Assembly: GCA_964426185.1 (NCBI GenBank)
Contig: CAYRPF010000017.1
Coordinates: forward strand, 3,158-35,157
DNA from: an uncultured archaeon
GTDB taxonomy: Archaea; Asgardarchaeota; Lokiarchaeia; Sigyniarchaeales; Promethearchaeaceae
Length of the DNA: 32,000 nucleotides
Direction of reading: 5' to 3'
Of the stretch, positions 18,510 through 31,000 are shown in pieces. Each line of letters opens with the position of its first letter. Within the stretch, counting starts at the first letter, position 1. Under the pieces are notes generated by a model. The model did not search any database, was not told the origin of the DNA, and was given only the letters and a program-made list of their open reading frames with translations. The translations under genes were made by a program, and so were the position numbers.

Positions 18510-18821
18510 ATGCTGTTGATATCATTGATGAAACAACATATGGCACATTCATTGGAGAAATTAACAGATAATAAACCTGTAATTGAGGTCGCTTTTAATT
18601 CTTATTTACCCAGTCCTTTGGTGCTTGATTCATTTGTAGAAATAATCCGAAAACGAAAAATTTCTTTCGAATCTAAACAAAAACAAATTGATTCGCATTT
18701 ATCCGAAGGGGATGTTGCGTATTCTGACTCAGAATTGGATGAAATAGATGAAAAAATAGAAAAAATTTTGAAACAGATTGATTGTGAACAAAAACAAGCC
18801 CGTGAAGCCTTATACATATAA
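18510..18821 (+). CDS. Small hypothetical protein (FxxYLPS motif, acidic coiled-coil C-terminus)
   Basis: 103-aa ORF with protein-like composition; start may be 18528 or 18540; resembles the ORF at 19294. Confidence 0.65.
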   Translation: MLLISLMKQHMAHSLEKLTDNKPVIEVAFNSYLPSPLVLDSFVEIIRKRKISFESKQKQIDSHLSEGDVAYSDSELDEIDEKIEKILKQIDCEQKQAREALYI

Positions 18822-18994
18822 CAGATCGAATTTCTTTTTTCTAATTCACACATAAAAATTCTAATAGTATAGCATCAAATTCAAAATTGGTGACTTAGAC
18901 TTCTACAGAGATAAGATTTATATCTGCGTATTTTTCTTCCTAGATTTGTAATGCGCGAGATTTAAATAGAATTTTCGCGATGGAGGTATAAAAT

Positions 18995-19180
18995 ATGAAT
19001 GAAACATCTAATAAAACCACTTTCAAATCAATGATTGCAGAAAAGCAAGCAGAATTTGAAGGATTATTACACAAGTTTGAAAATTTGGTCGATCCTGTTG
19101 AGCGCTATATTAAACGAATGGAAATGGCCAAAATTAAAAAATGGTTAGATCAATTCGACGTACACGTAGATATCCCGTAA
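18995..19180 (+). CDS. Small hypothetical helical protein (61 aa)
   Basis: GGAGGT RBS, TTTAAATA box about 25 nt upstream, T-rich terminator after the stop. Confidence 0.75.
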   Translation: MNETSNKTTFKSMIAEKQAEFEGLLHKFENLVDPVERYIKRMEMAKIKKWLDQFDVHVDIP

Positions 19181-19220
19181 TTTTTTTTTGAAATAATCTC
19201 CTTTTTTTTCTTTTCTTTTC
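19180..19220 (+). terminator. Oligo-T archaeal terminator
   Basis: T9 directly after the TAA plus further T-rich tracts. Confidence 0.5.
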
Positions 19221-19293
19221 TCATTCTATAATCAACTCATGAAATAAAATGCAAGCAATACTTTTATAAAGATAAAATGAAATTTATTTTTGA

Positions 19294-19470
19294 ATGATGA
19301 CAACGATCAATATTGATTTTGATATATATCTTCCATCAGTTAATACGTATTTTAACTATCTGGAGTTGCTTAAAGCCCATCATTTTATTCCTCAAAATCA
19401 ACACTTAGATTCGTTAATTAATTCAATGATTAAAGAAATAAATTCACCTCTTGATAACGAAAACGAATGA
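19294..19470 (+). CDS. Small hypothetical protein, 58 aa (not in ORF track)
   Basis: MMTTINIDFDIYLPSVNTYFNYLELLKAHHFIPQNQHLDSLINSMIKEINSPLDNENE*; TTTTATAAA box about 24 nt upstream (leaderless-type). Confidence 0.6.
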   Translation: MMTTINIDFDIYLPSVNTYFNYLELLKAHHFIPQNQHLDSLINSMIKEINSPLDNENE

Positions 19471-19494
19471 AAAAAACACACAGCTAATTTAAAA

Positions 19495-19689
19495 TTAGAT
19501 AGCAATACTTTGCAATTTCTCAAAAATTTTTTTTGCATCCCCATTTCCAGCATCAATCAATGGCTGTAGATTTCGTAAAAATTGCTCTCTTTCAAGTTTT
19601 AAAGAATTTAAGGCATCTTCTTTCTCTTCAGGAGTTCCATTTTCATATTTATCTATTAAATCTTCAATTACACCAAGAATCATTTCCAT
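19495..19689 (-). CDS. Small hypothetical helical protein (64 aa)
   Basis: Amphipathic-helix composition; GGAG upstream. Confidence 0.7.
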   Translation of the reverse strand: MEMILGVIEDLIDKYENGTPEEKEDALNSLKLEREQFLRNLQPLIDAGNGDAKKIFEKLQSIAI

Positions 19690-19774
19690 TTCAAAATTTG
19701 CTCCATTATATATTGGATGCCAGAATTTTTTAGGTTTTCCCCTTTATAAGGATAAAGGTGTTTAAAAATAAAAA

Positions 19775-20158
19775 TCATAGTAGAGAATTCTTTAATAGTT
19801 CTTGAATTTTCGACATCCACTCTTTATGATGGCGTACTGGTGTGGATTTAATCCAATCCAATAGTTCTTGGGGATTTTCCCTATCAAGTTGTGCAATTTC
19901 AAAATCAATGGGACGATCAAAATATTAAAAACGAATCCTAATAATTTGTCCCATCTCCCATATCATATAATAATTATTTCATAGAATTTTTGTAAGATTT
20001 GTCTCATAATCCAAAATAGCATAACAATTATCTTTAGAATCTTCATCGGAGGTTGAAATAGGTTCTTCAGAGAAGAGCAGTTCAAAAGGGAAGTTTATGG
20101 CTTGTAGATTTTGCACCAGTCCAATAAAACCATTAAAACTTTCCCTTTTATTTATCAT
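19775..20158 (-). pseudogene. Probable pseudogene: 128-codon frame with two internal stops
   Basis: ATG 20158; in-frame TGA 19981-19979 and TAA 19927-19925; protein-like sequence continues (..YFDRPIDFEIAQLDRENPQELLDWIK..) to TGA 19777-19775. Confidence 0.5.
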
Positions 20159-20259
20159 TCCTATTTTGGTGATGGATATATTTATGATTTTGCCTCATCT
20201 CTCAGCCATCATCAAATATCTACAAAAATTAATAGGGTAAAAAATAGAAAAGAAAATCA

Positions 20260-21798
20260 ATGAGAAATTTTCCAAGGATCTTGGAAATCAATACTTGGCC
20301 GTGGTTTCACTCTTTTCGCCGTAATCGTCAAGTTAATTCGCTGGAACATATCTCGATCACGGATTGGCAAGAACTGACGCACAATTTTGATACAATATGG
20401 TTAATGGGAATTTGGCAACGAAGTGAAACAAGTAAAAGAATCGCCCAAACCCATCCAGGACTTTTGAGAGATTTTCAACAAGCATTACCTGATTTTCAGC
20501 CAGTGGATATTGTAGGATCCCCATATGCAATAAAATCATATACTCTTGATCCTTTTTTTGGACCACCTTCAACCTTGGAAAAAATTAGTCAAACTTTTCA
20601 TCAACTTGAAAAGAAAATTATTGTGGATTTAATTCCAAATCATATTGCAATTGATAATGACTGGCTTATTAGTCATCCAGAATTTTTTTTGCATGGTTCT
20701 CCTGCAGATTTACTACATAATCCAGAAGATTTTTTTAAACCACCAATTGTAATTAATGAATCCGAAGATCCGCAAGAATCCGCTATTTTTGTGCATGGAA
20801 AAGATCCTTATTTTCCATCTTGGACCGATACTGCACAATTAAATGCGTTCTCTGCACAATACCGCCGTGAGATTATCAGCATTTTAAATGAATTAGCTCA
20901 ATGGGTTGACGGTGTAAGGTGTGACATGGCAATGTTGTTGACCGACCGAATATTTAAAGAAACTTGGAAAAATTTGGCAGGCAAACCGTTAGAAAGAGAA
21001 TTTTGGGTTGATGTTATTAGTGCAGTTAAAGAAAGACACCCACATTTCTTGTTTATTGCTGAAGTATATTGGGATATGGAATGGGAACTCCAACAACAAG
21101 GTTTTGACTTTTGCTATGATAAACGCTTATATGATCGCTTGATACATGCATCCGTGGATGGAATTAGAGCCCATTTGACCGCTTCATGGGATTATCAGAG
21201 CAAATTAGTTCGATTTATTGAAAACCATGACGAAAATAGAGCCCAGAAGACGTTTGGAGAAGAAAAATCAAAAACAGTGGCGACTCTTGCATTTACTTTA
21301 CCAGGAGCATATCTCCACCATTATGGGGAACAATTAGGGTGGAACATACGACTCCCCGTTCAACTGAGTCGATTTCCATTTGAAAAATTAAATCAAAACA
21401 TAAACCAATTTTATCAAAATTTATTCAATAAAACCTTTTTAAAATATCAATTTAAGGATGCAAAAAATGGAAAATCTCAATCTCAAAGTGAATCCATTTC
21501 ATGGGCATTCAATACAGAAATACCCGAGCCCCTTATTGGTTATATGTGGTATGATCAAAAAGAATGTGAATATTTTATAGTAAATTTCAGTTCTGTTCCT
21601 CAAAATTTAACTTCACTTTCCTTGAACTTTCAAAAAAATGGAATTCAGGTTAAATTTGATACAATTTCAAAAATCAACTGGCAATCCTTAACGAATTCAT
21701 CTCGCAGAAGTAGTTTTTTAATTGAGCAAGATATAACCGAAAGGGCTCTAGAATTTAACCCTTGGGAAGTTTTATTACTAAAATTCCATTATTGTTGA
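20260..21798 (+). CDS. Glycoside hydrolase family 13 (alpha-amylase family), cytoplasmic
   Basis: GSPYAI, DLIPNH, catalytic DGVRCDMA, FIAEVYW, ENHDE; no signal peptide visible. Confidence 0.92.
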   Translation: MRNFPRILEINTWPWFHSFRRNRQVNSLEHISITDWQELTHNFDTIWLMGIWQRSETSKRIAQTHPGLLRDFQQALPDFQPVDIVGSPYAIKSYTLDPFFGPPSTLEKISQTFHQLEKKIIVDLIPNHIAIDNDWLISHPEFFLHGSPADLLHNPEDFFKPPIVINESEDPQESAIFVHGKDPYFPSWTDTAQLNAFSAQYRREIISILNELAQWVDGVRCDMAMLLTDRIFKETWKNLAGKPLEREFWVDVISAVKERHPHFLFIAEVYWDMEWELQQQGFDFCYDKRLYDRLIHASVDGIRAHLTASWDYQSKLVRFIENHDENRAQKTFGEEKSKTVATLAFTLPGAYLHHYGEQLGWNIRLPVQLSRFPFEKLNQNINQFYQNLFNKTFLKYQFKDAKNGKSQSQSESISWAFNTEIPEPLIGYMWYDQKECEYFIVNFSSVPQNLTSLSLNFQKNGIQVKFDTISKINWQSLTNSSRRSSFLIEQDITERALEFNPWEVLLLKFHYC

Positions 21799-22077
21799 TA
21801 GTAATTTAACCAATTTTATTCATTTCATCAAGAATTAATATGATAATATTGATTTTTGGTTTTATTTCTTATTTTGCTTCGGCGGTCTGGCATTCTAGAA
21901 AAAAAATCCTTAAAAACCTTTAAATATTCAGCCTTCTTTGGATAAACCTATCTAAATTACCTCCAATATTGAAAAATAGGGTGATTTTTTATAGAAAATT
22001 TATCCGCTTTCATTTTTTTTTGTAAAGAAATATATCCATAAAAATCGGGGATTGTTGGATCTTAGGGGTGATTCAAT

Positions 22078-25000
22078 ATTATAAATAATGCTAGAGAAAA
22101 AAAAAAAAAAGAGAATGAAAAATTAAGTAAAGCCACCAATATTCTCTCTGGAATTGCATTTGGATTAATCTATATTTTTGCAATTCCAAGTATTTTTGGA
22201 ATTCTTACTGCAGGAATTACCGCGATTTTTTCTTCTGAGGAATTTCTTGCAGGAGAATATGGTATCGGCTTCTTTATTCTGGCTATTTTATTTGCCTTGC
22301 CATTTGGATTGGGATTCTTTTATCGAACGCGTACAAAATCATCTCATTGGGAGATATATGTCAAAAATTTTTCAAAAGGCATTATCTCTGCAGTAATGGT
22401 GGCCCTAATTCCTTTAATTCTAAGTAATTTTACTTTTTACATAATTTTTCAATTATTGAATTACGATTCTTTCGAGTTTATATTCCCTTTTATAAGCATT
22501 ATTCTTTTTACATTAGCAAATGGAGTGTATTGGCTTTTCTACCAGCTTGATTTTTCAACATCAACAAATTTTCTTTCAGATTCTACAATTCAAAAACAAA
22601 ATGAACCCCATGATGGTTTGGTATCAATTTACTTACAAAATAAATCAAGAAATTTAGTGCAAGAATTGTTCTTATTTTTCAGCATAAAATCTTTAATATC
22701 GGCAATAATTTTTTCGGTTTTTCATTCGATTTTGTTGGAGATCATCATAGATCTCTCCATTTTAACTATATTTATTCTAGGATTTTCCATTTTCTATCCC
22801 AAAATGAAGGCAAAATATCAAAATGAAGAGCATCAAAAACACCATCTACCATTTATTTTTCTTGATTTCATCAAGATCACGCTACTTATCCTACCTTTTA
22901 TTGGTTTAGTCCCCCAATTTAGGTATTTAAAACAATCTTTTGCTTTGATTTTACCTTTTTCTGTGTTTATGTTGATTAAAATAACTTGCGTGTTGCTTCT
23001 TAAATTTCGCGAAATTCGATTGAAGTATTTTCTTCCCATCATTGCTAAAACATTCTTGCAAGAAATAAGTATGGCTATTTCCTTGATTTCATCCATGATT
23101 ATCTTCATAATTGGGATAATTTCTACTTCAGATAGAATTCTAACCTTAATTTTGCTTACTACCATTTTCTTTGAAGGCTTATGTGAATATGCAATATTTA
23201 AAATTCCCACAAAAAAAATAGATCTCCAAAACCAGTTCTTATTCTTTATTGTAAACGTTTTTCTCAGCTTTATTATAATTCCGACTAGTTGGTATTTCCA
23301 ACTTTTGATATTTACGATACTCGCTCTTGTTGCAGGAAAATTTCTAAAAATGCATGATGAACGGCTGCAAAAATATCATAGACATCTTCAAACAATCATG
23401 TTTTTGATCCTTATGGTTGAGATTGGTTTATCATTAGCTATTTTTTCAACTGCTAACGATTGGCTGATAAATTCATTTCCTTTTATCAATTATATCTTCT
23501 TTCTAAACATCTCTCTTTTAAGTATTTTTATTCACCTCCAAAACGTGGAATATAATCGAAAACCTCCGAAAAGTTTAACTGTTTCAATCTTAGGAAGCCT
23601 TTTGATCCTGCAATTAGGATTATTTTTGCTTTTAATCGGTGGAATTCACCAAATTACATCTATATTTTTAGATTTATCCAGACAATCCTTCATATTTCAA
23701 CTGATTTTTCAAAAAGAAGGTTTATTAGATTTAACAAATACTAATAATTTCATTGGAGCAATTGGAAATTGGACGTCTCAATTCCATCTCCTTTTTCGAT
23801 CAAATCTATTATTCAATGAATTATTATCACTTTCTTTAAGCGCTATAACATGTATCTTCTTTTTCAATTTAATTGTTCAAATAAATGGTAAATTTGGTTT
23901 CTTACCAAGAAGCCTCCCACGAAAAATTCAATTCTTTGAAAATTTAGTTATAATTCAAATAATTTCACTTATTCCTTTCTTTTATTGTCCATCTTTAACG
24001 AGTTTTATAATTGGAAAATATCTCAGGAATTTTCTGATGATTAAATTTAGCAAGCGATGGATAAATGAATTCACAAAAGAAAATGAATCCGCATTAAAAA
24101 TTACCCTTATTTCGTTTTTCAAACTTGGAAATAATCTCATGCTTCTTCCGCTTACGACTTTCCTCTTAAGTGAATTTTTTGAAATGAATCTGGTTTTATC
24201 TCTCTTCATCGGTATTTTAATTGGATTTTTCGCATATAATTACTTCGAACCTATAATAAAATTACCTATACTTCAAAAAACTTGGAAAAAAGTAAAAATA
24301 TTCGATATCGGACGAATATGTTACCATTTCTTGATGATTTTAGTTTTTTCAGTCTATGGAATTCTTATAATAAGAATGTTAATAATTCAGTATTTAGAAC
24401 CCACTTTTGGATTTTTATTATCAATTTTAATCTTAGGCATTACTTTAAGAATGAATTTACGATTTCTAAAAACACCCTTGGAGATCTTAAATAATAACAA
24501 AATAATTTCTGATGAGAAGTATGTACGAACAAAATTTTCATCTTGGATCTTCTCGAATTTCATCGGTTGTGTGAATATTGGGATATTTTTGCAAATAATT
24601 CTCTTCTCTTCGATTAGAACTTATATTCTAGCCAATAAAATCTACGGAACAATCGTTTTCGAATTTTTACTGCCTATAATCCTTTATGTATTTATTTCCT
24701 TTCATTTTGGTAAACAATATAATAATTTCCTTCTTCATAAAAAATATCAGAAAAAGACCAAGGCTTTCAGCCTATTCAGCGAATTATTGTTAATTTTAGT
24801 AATTTGCCTCATCATAGAATTCTTTTTATACAATTATATATTTGGAATCTTCTTTTCTACAGCAGTTTTCATGAGTATCATGTATTTTCACTGCAAGAAA
24901 TTTTTGATAATCTATCCAAACAAAGAAAAACTTATTGAACAGATTAAATGTACTATAAAATTAGTCAACTCTCTGATGATATCCTTAGTAATTGCTTTCT

Positions 25001-28000
25001 TTATCCAAGAATTTTTACCAAGTTCGCCTTTTCTTTTAATTTTTATTTCTTCATTTCTGACTCTCATAATATTTGGTATCTTTCAAAGAAAACAACCTAT
25101 TTTAGCAGAAAACATTGCTGCTATAGGAAAAAGTTTAATTCTTCTCATAAATGCATTAAGCACCCTCGGAATTTTCTTTTTTTCCAAATTCTGGGATTTT
25201 TCAAGTATTTCAGCCAATTATAAAATAATATTCATTAGTATGGCTTGTAACTACATTATTTCAGTAATAATCTATGGGATTATCCAATTTAATAAATACA
25301 ACCTACTTTCAAAGCAATCTCTACCTATGATTCTTTTAATTCCAACTCAATTAGGCTTTTTCACTCTTTATATCTTCTTACTGGGCTTCTTTGGCATGAT
25401 AATTGCAGGCTTTTCATTAATTGGATTTTCATTATCTTTAGGAGCAGAAATTGCATTAAAAGGTTTTCTTCCCTCCTTATTTCTCTCTTTTATATCCAGA
25501 AATTTGAGTAAATTCAAAGTATTTAAACCATTACAGAGATATTCCACGATATTTAAATACCAAACAGTCATTTGGTGGAATATATTTGCTTTTTCGCAAG
25601 CATTAATGTTAATATTAATCAACCCATCCAAACCATTTTTGATTCTCCTGGCAATTATCTTCTTTACATCTACAATAATCCAAACCACGAAAGATTTAGC
25701 CAAGATATATGAAAAAATCACCCATAAAGCGAAATTTATCATAGATATGTTGTTGATTATAAATATTATTTTTAGTGCATCTTTCATTTTTGTACTTTGT
25801 AGAATTAATTTCAACTTAAGTCTTATTTTAACAACATTGATTGTCAGCATTTACTCAACCATCATGTTTTCGCGTGTTAATCTATTCTCTCACTATATTT
25901 TCCCTACAGTATATCAAATTGTGAAATTAATACTGCTAAATACTATTTTTGTTTCATTTTTTATCTTTTGCGCGCAGTTGGCGCAGATTTATTTTATAGA
26001 TGAAAATTCCATAGTTGAACAAAGAATTTATCTATATTACTCTATTTTACTTGGATTTCAATATTTTATACCTTTATTCAAACATAATATTAGAATTTTG
26101 AAAGAAATCAACATAATACCAGTTAGATTTTGGGAATCAATCCATTTTGGGCTTTTACATTTCCAATTTTATTCCATGATTTTGGCTGAACTTATGTTAT
26201 TAAGTCATATTTCAGGATTTTATTCTTTTTCTCTAATGAAATCAATGATTAATCCTACTTATTGGCTTTTCTTGGTTCCTTCCACTATGATTCTTCCAGG
26301 GATTTTGCTGTATCTAAATAGTAAGAATTCTAAATTTGACCAGAAAACACAATTCCAGCACGCATTCTTGGTCGAATTTTATATGTATTTCTTGAGTATC
26401 GTTATTTCCATAGGGATAGGTAACATTCTAATTACAGAATTTAGATGGGAGCTGTTAATTGGAATCATTTCAGTTATCAAACTATACTTGGTATTCACAT
26501 TAATCCGAATCAATCATATTTTATTAAAACTTGAAAAAATATTGAACCCGGTTATCTTGGCACTGAAAAGATTGATACTTTTGGAGATTGGTGGGTTTTT
26601 AGTAACACTTTTACATTACCAATTTGCAGTAAGATGGATTACAGCCGGGTTTTTCGGATTAGTTCTTTTAAATGCGCTTGTTTTGAGTATTTCTTTCTTC
26701 AAAGATTGTATTCCTGTGAGTTTATGGAATGAATTTTTAGGATTCATCGTTCTATGCACTGGATGGACATTATTCGCCGTTTTAATTCATTTCAGCCTTC
26801 CACTTGAAAACCAAATCTCCTATCTTCTATTCACATCCATCCTTATTGCCCCATTGAGTTTAACTTATCTAGCACTTTTAATCATACGAAATGGTAAAAT
26901 ACCTACAAAAATCACTTTTCATTTGCTGCAAGTTGTGTTTTTCTTAATTATCACAGATTTGATGTTTGTTGTCTATACTGGTATTAATCAAATTATTTCG
27001 CCAGTTTTCTTCCTAATTCCTATGGTATTCATTCTCAACAGTGCAATATTTTATGATAAAAAACATCTGATGCTTTTTATGAATAGAAAATTGGAATTAA
27101 TCACTTCTTCGTTAGTGTTTGTGTTTTCCTATTGTTCTCTTTCAATATTCATATCAGACTTAATTGCATTTAACTTAGAAACACAAATATTTGTGTTTTG
27201 CTTGGCGATACTACCAGGAATTTATTTGGGATTGAAATTAACTGAAAAAAATTATGCTAAATATATTGATCTATATGTTCTAACTAAAGAAAAGCAAAAA
27301 ACAAAAACCTCACATGATTTTGCCCTTATTGAAGATAGAGTAGTTGAAAAAGGAGTAACTAGAGAAGAACTTCTTGAAGAAAAGCAAGATACTGAATTAA
27401 GCAAAGAATTAGAGACAGGAAAAAAGCAAGAATTTGAACAAAAACAAGAAGTGAAATTCAATTCAAAGCAGGAATTTCAAAAAATTCCTTTAGGTTTTTC
27501 AATAATCGACTATTTGCATAGAAAATACACCTTGTTTTTTAAAAGTTGGATGATCTTTGCTGGACTTCTTCTTTCCTATTTTTGGATTCGACTTGCATGG
27601 TTGAATCATATATCTTTAGTATTTACAATCAGTGCCAGCTTATTGGGCTTGATTTTTGTCTCAAAATCAATCTATAAGGAAGATTTCAGATTATTAACCT
27701 TCTATTCCATAATTATTGGAAATATATTATATTACCTCATTATTGCATACATTCAGCCGCAAAATCTAACAATAAGCTTAATCCTTTCGATAATAATTCT
27801 AGGTGTTTTTCACAGATTAACAACCTCACTTCTCCCACAACCGAAAGAATTGCTGAATTTGGAAAATATTCTAATATTAAGTTTATACTGGAGTGCATTA
27901 TCCATTTTACCTTGGAACATCAGTTTAATTATCTTAATGATTACCAGTGTATTTCTTATCTTATCCCCGCGTAGTTATTTGAATTTGTTTTTTGTAACGG

Positions 28001-31000
28001 TATTTGTAGGGTCCATCATTTTCTTTTTTTACACTTTAATGACGTATTATGACATTTCTTGGTATCTCAGCCTCACTGGAAGTATAACAATTGGTGTGTT
28101 TGGAGAATGGATACTTTGCGGCATTTCCATAAGATGGAGAAAGAGTTTATTGAAAACTTTATTGGGATATCTTGCTTATAGTATAAGTTTGCTCTCCTTT
28201 GGCTCTCTTTTATATGATTATTTCTACTTCATGCGCTATATTGCCCCTGTTGTGTTTGGAGTCATTCTGGGTTTGGTCTATCTTCTCCAGAAAGCAACTC
28301 AATCTCCGAGGCAAAAAATATTTTTTACAGTATTAATTTTTGCCCATACTTTCTTACTTTTTCTCTCAATTGGATATTGTTATTTATTCTATTCTTTAGC
28401 TTATCTTATTCCTTTAAGCATAACTTTGGGTATAGGATTAACTCTCTTAATGTACTTCTTCTTTTTCGAGCATTTCAATTTACCAATCAACCCAAATATG
28501 GTTAAAGCAACCTTATTCTTAGCTGGAACAGGATTCTCATTAAATATACTTTTATTGTTAATCGAACCGACTTTAATTCAATTAGCATTAAAGATAGCCA
28601 TCCCTATTGCTTTAGATTTCTATATTTTCATATATTTTATCGGTGTAGGGTTATATCTTAAGCAATTTACAAAAGAAATTTGGAATAAAGGTGCATATGC
28701 ATGGCTTTTTGTACCAATTGTTAATTTCGTATTGATTCTTGAAGCAGTCACCAATATCGATGAATACACCTTAGCAATTCAGCTTTCAAAAATCTCTCTT
28801 TCTGGATCAATCGTTCTCTCAATATTGATAAGTTCACTATTATATTTGCCTTATCTCTTAACTAAATTGAAGAAATTCATAGATTATTTCGTATATGTAT
28901 TTTGGACGGAATTGTTATTGTTAGTTTATTGGGCTTCAGCGAATATATTTCCCATTAACTTTCTATTACAGATTCCCTTCGTAGGTTTGATTACTATCGC
29001 AGTAATTATCCCATATTATTATTTCAGGAAAAGATGGAATTTGCTCTTATATCTTTGGCCCGTTGCCTGCGCCTTAAATATAGTATTCTTTTCGTTATAC
29101 TTTACTTTCGGTTTGCAATGGGAGGTTCCCCTCAATTTCTTCATCGGTGCCCTTTATTTAGTGATATATGCTAATTTTCCTCCGATAAAAGAGAAAATTC
29201 CCATATTAAAACTGGTATTTACTATTTCAAGCTATTTAATCTTATTTGGGAGCCTATTTGCATTATTATATTCATTTATCGTTATAATCTTCTACGATTG
29301 GGTGATTTCTGCATCCATCAGCCTTATCATCATGAGTTTTGCCTTGATCCCTGGAAGATTTTTCCAAATTGACAAAAAAATCCTCAAACCAATTTTCTCG
29401 ATATTTTTAGCGATTGGCACAGGGTTGGTAATTTGGAGAACTTTCAGTTTAATTCAAGCTGCAGATTTTAACCTTTTTGGTGTTTTCTTAGGTATTGCCT
29501 TTTTCTGGGCTTTGATGCTGCTTTTCCAAGTAAAAGAATACCTGTTATCTAAATTTTATCAGATCTCTTGGGGTTTTATGGCTTTATCCTTCGGTTTGGC
29601 AGCATTTGAGATATTTTTAACCGTATTTAGAGTAGGAGAATGGGCTTCAACTGGTGTTTTAATTCTAGTTGCGACTTTCATAACTTTCCCCCTATCCAAA
29701 AAGCATTTAGTACTCCCATTTAGCTTTATTTGTATTGCTATTGCGTTAATTCTTAACCAAGCGATAATTATCATCTGGAATTTAGCTAAAGTTCAACCAG
29801 CTTTGACATTTGTCCATCTAACCTTAACTTTATTCTGGGGTTTGAGTTTTCTAGGTTATAAAATGATTCGTTTCGGTATTTTTGCAAATAAAATGAAAAA
29901 TTTCCTGGTTTATTTGGATATTTGGGGGCTATTTATCATTACTACCTCAGTAAATATTGTTCTTTCGATAAATTTGATGATTCCGCTAGATTGGTATAAT
30001 TTTGGTGGAATATTATGTAATTTATTATTATTTTTCTCAGTCGCTACCGCATATGCTCTAAAATCTAACGATATCATTTTGGATTCCACTAACTTGCAGA
30101 AGATCCTTAGCATTTTTAGAAATTATCTCATAGTTGGTCTTTATTTGATAAATTCCCTACTAATTTCTTTAAACGCTCCCGTTTTACTTCTAAATGAATC
30201 TGAAATATTAGGTATAGTCTTGTATCGAGCCAGCATATTCTTTGCAACCTTATATTTGGTAATTTTAGTCTTAGATAAATATATTATCAAGGCACTTGAG
30301 AGAAAGATCCAAAAAGAAATTCTTTGGGTTCTCGTTTTAGGATTCAGTTTGTTTATTTCTGCTTATTCGTTTATATCATGGCAAACATGGCAGCTGAGTT
30401 TGCTAATTTTTGCTTCCTTAAGCATATATACCCTATTCTTGGTTAGCAGGGTCCATCGATTGAAATTTCATATGAGTCTGGTCATAACCGATATTTTTCT
30501 GCTAAATGTGAGCCTATTCTGGGTTCTCTTTATTTCATTTGACATTACCAAAGTTGTTCATGAAAGAACTGGTTATTATATTTTACTGATCGGGTCGATT
30601 ACTGCTTTAATTGATTATCTACTAGTTCGTATCAAAGTTATTCCCCAGAAATCGAGGGTGTATTTCGCAGTTCAATTAAATGTAATTCTAGCCGCCTTTG
30701 CATGTGAAGCATTTAGGTTACAATTTAATCAATCTTATTCCGATATACTTGGATTGGCTAATATATTAGCAGTATTTGTTGGAACTTTGATTGTGACGAA
30801 CATCAAATTAATTAAAAGAAATGAATTGGTTTTAGCTTTTTGGATGAGTTTTTCCTATGCAATTGGAATGTTAATTTTCAATTCTGCCAAAATACTGTTA
30901 AATTCTTTTGGGTTGACTTTTCATATTCCGGAAGCAATCCTCTTCTTTGTAGGAATTTTGTTTTTCATTTTCCACATCTTTTTATCATCTCTAATGAAGA

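Noticed and set aside
47-20572. Other short overlapping track ORFs (47, 1680, 3920, 4380, 5341, 6478, 7020, 10660, 13679, 13720, 14299, 15099, 15558, 15586, 18602, 19533, 20357)
   Set aside because: They lie within or antisense to better-supported genes and show no recognisable motifs
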